Assembly (NCBI GenBank): GCA_963677485.1
Contig: OY781964.1
Span: 4,704,001 to 4,768,000, forward strand
Direction of reading: 5' to 3'
Origin: Armatimonadota bacterium
GTDB lineage: Bacteria; Armatimonadota; HRBIN16
DNA: 64,000 nt
Below the pieces are notes generated by a model that saw nothing but the letters and a program-made list of their open reading frames with translations, was not told the DNA's origin and searched no databases. Both the position numbers and the translations under genes were made by a program. Of the stretch, positions 59,335 through 64,000 are shown piece by piece. The stretch's first letter is position 1; the number at the start of each line of letters is the position of its first letter.

Positions 59335-59549
59335 GCAGGTAACGTATATATTTATGAATTAATAGTTCTAATCCTAGTATATATAACATAAAGGATTGAC
59401 TCAACGCGATTAGATATGCCATGCTTTATATACGGTTAACTGAAGAACGTGTCTCACATAGCAGAAACGTCCCAAAACGCACCGTGAAATAGCCAGTTGC
59501 TGCATCTTGGCAATTGACCCTACTGATAATCGATTCAGGAGCATTGCGT

Positions 59550-60236
59550 ATGAAGACGAACGTGATTCTAGCAGGACTGGTGTCATTGATGACTTTGGTG
59601 ACCACCGCTGCATACAGTGCACCATCCTCACTCGGTGCTACGGGGATATAAAACGTTCCCACGGCGGAGACCGTGGAACCTGGCAGCGTCGAAATTCAAT
59701 TGGCTTACGACAGGCCTGTAGTGTCTGACACTAACGTTGTAATATTCCCGCTGTTGACCCTGGGGTATGGGTTCAGAAACGGCGAAGTTGGCATCAGTTA
59801 CTACAATCTTCAGGACTATACAGCCGTCAAGAGTGCCAACGCAAAATACATGTTAACCCACGAACATGATTCTATGCCAAGCATCGCTGCTGGAGTAATC
59901 TATCTGAGCGGTGATGTAGATGAGACCGATGTATACCTCACCGCCAGCCATGCACTCGGCCTTGGCGAGGAGTTTAAGGCAACCGCCGGTTTACTCTATC
60001 AAATTCCAGGGTATTCTGACGCAGGCACCCACCTCACAGGGATGCTGGGACTAGAATGGGGGACCCCAGGTAGAACAACCTTCGGTATTGACTATGTGCT
60101 GGATGACATAGCAGCAGGTGCTGTGTTTGGTGCCACCATGCGTCAGCCGATTTCACATAACATGGCGTGGCAATTTGGCATCGGCAACGGTGCGAGATGG
60201 TTCGTCGGACTCAACATAAAGCTTGGAGGTGAGTAG
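59550..60236 (+). pseudogene. Probable outer-membrane beta-barrel gene (YjbH-like N-terminus) broken by an in-frame TAA at 59649-59651
   Basis: AGGAG RBS, signal peptide MKTNVILAGLVSLMTLVTTAAYS, then APSSLGATGI*NVPTAETVEPG in frame with the track ORF 59673-60236; alternating beta-strand pattern. Confidence 0.72.
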
Positions 60237-60237
60237 C

Positions 60238-63200
60238 ATGAGCATTAATATTCGCATGCGCCCCACCAGTATTGGAATATCTGCCATTCTTATGGTGGCC
60301 TCACTGGCCGGATGGAGTTCGATCGTTCCTGGTGAACTGAGCGTTCCGCCAAAGGTGACCATCAATCAAGCCAGCGGTCAACCGGACCCAACGAACAAAC
60401 TGCCAATCCGATTTACAGTGGCCTTCACAAAAGATGTTAAGGACTTCACCTCAGGTGATGTCAACATCGGAGGTACAGCACCAGGGACCGGCACCAGCAT
60501 CGTGACAGGTTCTGGCCGGAACTACGATGTAGAGGTTCGTGGAATCACCGGCAGCGGAACCGTTACGGCGACAGTGAATGCTGGAGTTGCACATGACGCT
60601 GTGGGCAACGAGAACAAAGTGTCAACGTCAACCGATAATGTGGTGACATATGACATCACCCCACCTGCTGTCACTATAAATCAAGCAATCGGGCAGCCCG
60701 ATCCCACGAGAAATACACCGATCCTCTTCGATGTGGTGTTTAGTAAAACCGTCAATGACTTTGCTAGTGGAGATGTGTCGCTGAATGGCACTGCTCCTGG
60801 TGTTTTAACCACTACGGTCACAGGATCTGGTATGCACTACACCGTAGCCATCGCCGGCATGACCGGTAGTGGCACGGTGGTTGCCAGTATTGCGGCGGGT
60901 GTCGTTCATGACTACTTGGGTAATGAAGGAACAGCATCTACCTCGTACGACAACATAGTCACTTACGATGTGACACCACCCACGATCAGTATAGGTGCTC
61001 CTTCAGTGTCATTAACACGAAGCGGTCCTGTTACCTATACGATCAAATACGTAGGTGCGGATGCTGTGACACTGACAGCGGAGGATGTAAACCTCAATCC
61101 AACCGGGTCTGCGTATGGTATGGTCTCTGTAACCGGTACGGGTACCAACACGAGGATCGTCACAATTAGCGGAATTGCAGGCGACGGCACTCTGGGTATC
61201 TCGATCGCTTCGAATACAGCATCGGATATAGCAGGCAACAACGCTTCCGCCGCTGGACCAAGCGCGACCTTCGTGGTAGACAATACAGCACCGACCATTA
61301 GCATCGGAGCCCCTTCCGCCTTGCTAACTCGGAGCGGTCCTGTATCGTATGAGGTGGCCTATACTGGCGCAAACAGCGTCATGCTCAATACTGACGATAT
61401 CACGCTCAACCGCACAGGAACAGCAAATGGAACGATGGTTGTATCTGGAGTGGGTTCTGACATACGCGTTGTCACCATCTCCGGGATCACCGGCAACGGC
61501 ACTCTCGGTATCTCGATTGCTGCAAACACAGCATCTGATACCGCGGGTAACAACGCTCCCGCCGCTGGCCCCAGTGCCACCTTCGTGGTGGATAACACTG
61601 CTCCAACCATCAGCATCGGAGCTCCATCCGCGACGCTGACTACGAACGGGCCGGTTACTTATGCGATCACTTACAGTGGTGCAGATGCCGTGACGCTGGC
61701 AGCAGCCAATGTCACACTGGACCAAACCGGAACAGCGAATGGAAATGTCGCTGTCTCAGGAACGGGTAATACCACTCGCGTGGTGACCATCTCCGGTATC
61801 ACTGGCAACGGAACTCTGGGTATCTCGGTTGCTGCGAATACTGCATCCGATACCGCAGGCAACAATGCTCCCGCCGCTGGCCCCAGTGCCACCTTCGTGG
61901 TGGATAACACTTCCCCGACCATCAGCATCGGAGTTCCTTCCGCCACGCTGACCAAGAGTGGGTCTGTATCCTACACCGTATCCTACAGCGGTGCAGACAC
62001 CGTGACTCTGGCAGCAGCCAATGTCACTCTGAACAAAACAGGTACCGCGAATGGCAGCATCGCTGTCTCGGGAACAGGCAACACCACTCGCGTGGTGACC
62101 TTCTCAGGAATCACCGGCACCGGCACTCTCGGTATCTCGATTGCTGCGAACACAGCATCCGATACCGCGGGCAACAACGCTCCCGCCGCTGGCCCCAGTA
62201 CCACCTTCGTGGTGGATAACACTGCCCCGACCATCAGCATCGGAGCTCCTTCCGCCACACTGACCAAGAGTGGACCTGTATCCTACACCGTGTCCTACAG
62301 CGGTGCAGACACCGTGACTCTGGCAGCAGCCAATGTCACGCTGAACAAAACAGGTACCGCGAATGGCAGCATCGCCGTCTCAGGAACTGGTAATACCGCC
62401 CGAGTGGTGACCATCTCAGGCATCACTGGTAACGGAACCTTGGGTATCTCAGTTGCTGCGAACACAGCATCGGAAACCGCGGGCAACAACGCTCCCGCCG
62501 CTGGCCCCAGTGCCACCTTCGTGGTAAACAATACGTTCCCCACAATTAGTATTGGTGCTCCATCAGCATCATTAACTAAGGGTGGCCCTGTGAGTTATAC
62601 GGTTACTTACGGTAACGCAGATAGTGTGACGCTTGCAGTAGCCAGTATCACGCTGAACAAGACGGGCTCAGCCAACGGAGTTATGGCTGTGACCGGAAGT
62701 GGTACCACTACCAGGACTGTCACCATTACAAGTGTGACAGGCGATGGCACTCTGGGTATCTCAATTGCTGCAAACACAGCATCCGATACATCGGGTAACA
62801 ACGCTCCTGCCGCAGGACCCAGTGCCACCTTCGTGGTGGATAACACTGCCCCGACCATCAGCATCGGAGCTCCATCCGCGACGCTGACTACGAACGGGCC
62901 AGTTACTTACGCGATCACCTACAGTGGTGCAGATGCCGTGACGCTGGCAGCAGCCAATGTCACACTGAACCAAACCGGAACAGCCAACGGAACTGTAGCA
63001 GTCACTGGAAGTGGCTTATCCAGCCGGACTGTCACCATCTCAGGAATCACCGGCAACGGCACTCTGGGTATCTCGATTGCTGCGAATACAGCATCCGACA
63101 CCGCGGGCAATAACGCTCCCGCAGCTGGCCCCAGTGCCACCTTCGTGGTGGATAACACTGCCCCGACCATCAGCATCGGAGCTCCATCCGCGACGCTGAC

Positions 63201-64000
63201 TACGAACGGGCCGGTTACTTACGCGATCACTTACAGTGGTGCAGATGCCGTGACGCTGGCAGCAGCCAATGTCACACTGAACCAAACCGGAACAGCGAAT
63301 GGAAATGTCGCTGTCTCAGGAACGGGTAACACCACTCGCGTGGTGACCATCTCAGGCATCACTGGTAACGGAACCCTGGGCATCTCGATCACTGCGAACA
63401 CAGCATCCGACACCGCGGGCAATAACGCTCCCGCCGCTGGCCCCAGTGCCACATTCGTGGTGGATAATACCGCTCCGACGGTCACGATCGATCAGGCATC
63501 GACTCAGCTTGATCCGACCAATGCAGTGCCTATCCACTTCACAGTGGTCTTCAGCGAAGTGGTAACCGACTTCGCAGCCAGTGATGTCACAACTGCAGGA
63601 ACTGCTCCCGGATCACTGACCAAAGTGGTCACCGGTTCAGGCACTACGTATGATGTGGCTGTTACCGGTATGTCCGGCAGCGGCACGGTAATAGCTTCCC
63701 TATTGGCTGGTGTCGCACACGACGCAGCAAGCAACGGCAGTATAGCATCCACTTCAACCGATAATACGGTGATGTATGATGTCACTGCACCAACGGTCAC
63801 GGTCAATCAGGCAGCAATTCAATCTGATCCGACCAACACTATACCGATCCACTTCACGGTGGTCTTCAGCGAAGTGGTAACCGACTTCGCAGCCAGTGAT
63901 GTGACGACTTCTGGAACTGCTCCGGGAACGCTGACCAAAGTGCTCACCGGTTCAGGAACGACATATGACATCGCGGTCTCTGGCATGAGTGGAAGCGGAA
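60238..64000 (+). CDS. Giant Ig-like repeat surface protein/adhesin, continues beyond the window
   Basis: GGAGG RBS, ATG 60238, signal-like N-terminus, no stop seen to the edge; tandem Thr/Gly/Ala/Val-rich units of about 104-105 aa. Confidence 0.88.
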   Translation, partial: MSINIRMRPTSIGISAILMVASLAGWSSIVPGELSVPPKVTINQASGQPDPTNKLPIRFTVAFTKDVKDFTSGDVNIGGTAPGTGTSIVTGSGRNYDVEVRGITGSGTVTATVNAGVAHDAVGNENKVSTSTDNVVTYDITPPAVTINQAIGQPDPTRNTPILFDVVFSKTVNDFASGDVSLNGTAPGVLTTTVTGSGMHYTVAIAGMTGSGTVVASIAAGVVHDYLGNEGTASTSYDNIVTYDVTPPTISIGAPSVSLTRSGPVTYTIKYVGADAVTLTAEDVNLNPTGSAYGMVSVTGTGTNTRIVTISGIAGDGTLGISIASNTASDIAGNNASAAGPSATFVVDNTAPTISIGAPSALLTRSGPVSYEVAYTGANSVMLNTDDITLNRTGTANGTMVVSGVGSDIRVVTISGITGNGTLGISIAANTASDTAGNNAPAAGPSATFVVDNTAPTISIGAPSATLTTNGPVTYAITYSGADAVTLAAANVTLDQTGTANGNVAVSGTGNTTRVVTISGITGNGTLGISVAANTASDTAGNNAPAAGPSATFVVDNTSPTISIGVPSATLTKSGSVSYTVSYSGADTVTLAAANVTLNKTGTANGSIAVSGTGNTTRVVTFSGITGTGTLGISIAANTASDTAGNNAPAAGPSTTFVVDNTAPTISIGAPSATLTKSGPVSYTVSYSGADTVTLAAANVTLNKTGTANGSIAVSGTGNTARVVTISGITGNGTLGISVAANTASETAGNNAPAAGPSATFVVNNTFPTISIGAPSASLTKGGPVSYTVTYGNADSVTLAVASITLNKTGSANGVMAVTGSGTTTRTVTITSVTGDGTLGISIAANTASDTSGNNAPAAGPSATFVVDNTAPTISIGAPSATLTTNGPVTYAITYSGADAVTLAAANVTLNQTGTANGTVAVTGSGLSSRTVTISGITGNGTLGISIAANTASDTAGNNAPAAGPSATFVVDNTAPTISIGAPSATLTTNGPVTYAITYSGADAVTLAAANVTLNQTGTANGNVAVSGTGNTTRVVTISGITGNGTLGISITANTASDTAGNNAPAAGPSATFVVDNTAPTVTIDQASTQLDPTNAVPIHFTVVFSEVVTDFAASDVTTAGTAPGSLTKVVTGSGTTYDVAVTGMSGSGTVIASLLAGVAHDAASNGSIASTSTDNTVMYDVTAPTVTVNQAAIQSDPTNTIPIHFTVVFSEVVTDFAASDVTTSGTAPGTLTKVLTGSGTTYDIAVSGMSGSG
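60967..63462 (+). repeat. Eight tandem 312 bp coding repeats (DNTAPTISIGAPS...GPSATFVV)
   Basis: Unit starts at 60967, 61279, 61591, 61903, 62215, 62527, 62839, 63151; flanked by a second repeat type (TINQA..Q.DPT..PI.F.V.F). Confidence 0.92.

Noticed and set aside
59375-59410. dif site (minus-strand TTATGTTATAT resembles a XerD arm)
   Set aside because: No plausible XerC arm 6 bp away; expected by chance in AT-rich DNA
59440-59510. c-di-GMP-I riboswitch before the barrel-adhesin operon (TAGCCAGTTGC)
   Set aside because: Only the 3' fragment resembles it; no GGCAAA/GNRA/GACGCAAA stem found
31798-59651. Alternative genetic code suggested by two in-frame stops
   Set aside because: The stops differ (TAG and TAA) and conserved genes in the window end at their expected positions with TAA, TAG and TGA
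60967-63462. Repeat array as CRISPR or DGR template/variable repeats
   Set aside because: Units are 312 bp in-frame coding repeats without spacers; no cas or reverse transcriptase gene in the window
61035-63806. Series of similar 82-133 aa minus-strand ORFs at 312 bp spacing that look like a gene array
   Set aside because: Antisense shadows of the plus-strand adhesin repeats

Overview
Bacterial chromosomal window, mostly core metabolism with accessory inserts. Core blocks: (-) trmFO-xerC-hslV-hslU, an LDH-like malate dehydrogenase and an inositol monophosphatase cut by the left edge; (+) a T-box-controlled ilvB-ilvN-ilvC-leuA-leuC-leuD-leuB-glnB-cimA operon running into ispH, a DUF512 radical-SAM gene and pfkA; (-) ilvD and a seven-tRNA array (Val-Asp-Phe-[decayed Thr]-Asp-Phe-Thr-Asp); (+) ppx, GT4, ECF sigma, rpiB, glyA, dCMP deaminase, tagO/wecA-like, wecB, AI-2E permease, uppP; (-) nrdR-nrdJ with tandem NrdR boxes. 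Accessory parts: an MFS-HEAT fusion, large secreted carbohydrate-active proteins, an orphan membrane protein resembling the Streptomyces injection-system adaptor CisA, a large unknown protein paired with a divergent Lgt paralogue, an orphan RACo-type corrinoid activator, and a giant Ig-repeat surface protein running off the right edge that the ORF track missed. Two genes carry single in-frame stops (TAG 31798-31800, TAA 59649-59651). Firmicute-like gene order and a T-box alongside a likely outer-membrane barrel suggest a diderm Terrabacteria lineage such as Armatimonadota (inference only). I found no CRISPR array, transposase or phage genes, and no novel system is proven. The best leads are the 26.4-31.5 kb block, the PII gene inside the leu-cimA operon and the restructured tRNA-Thr relic. 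All family calls come from motif reading, not database searches.
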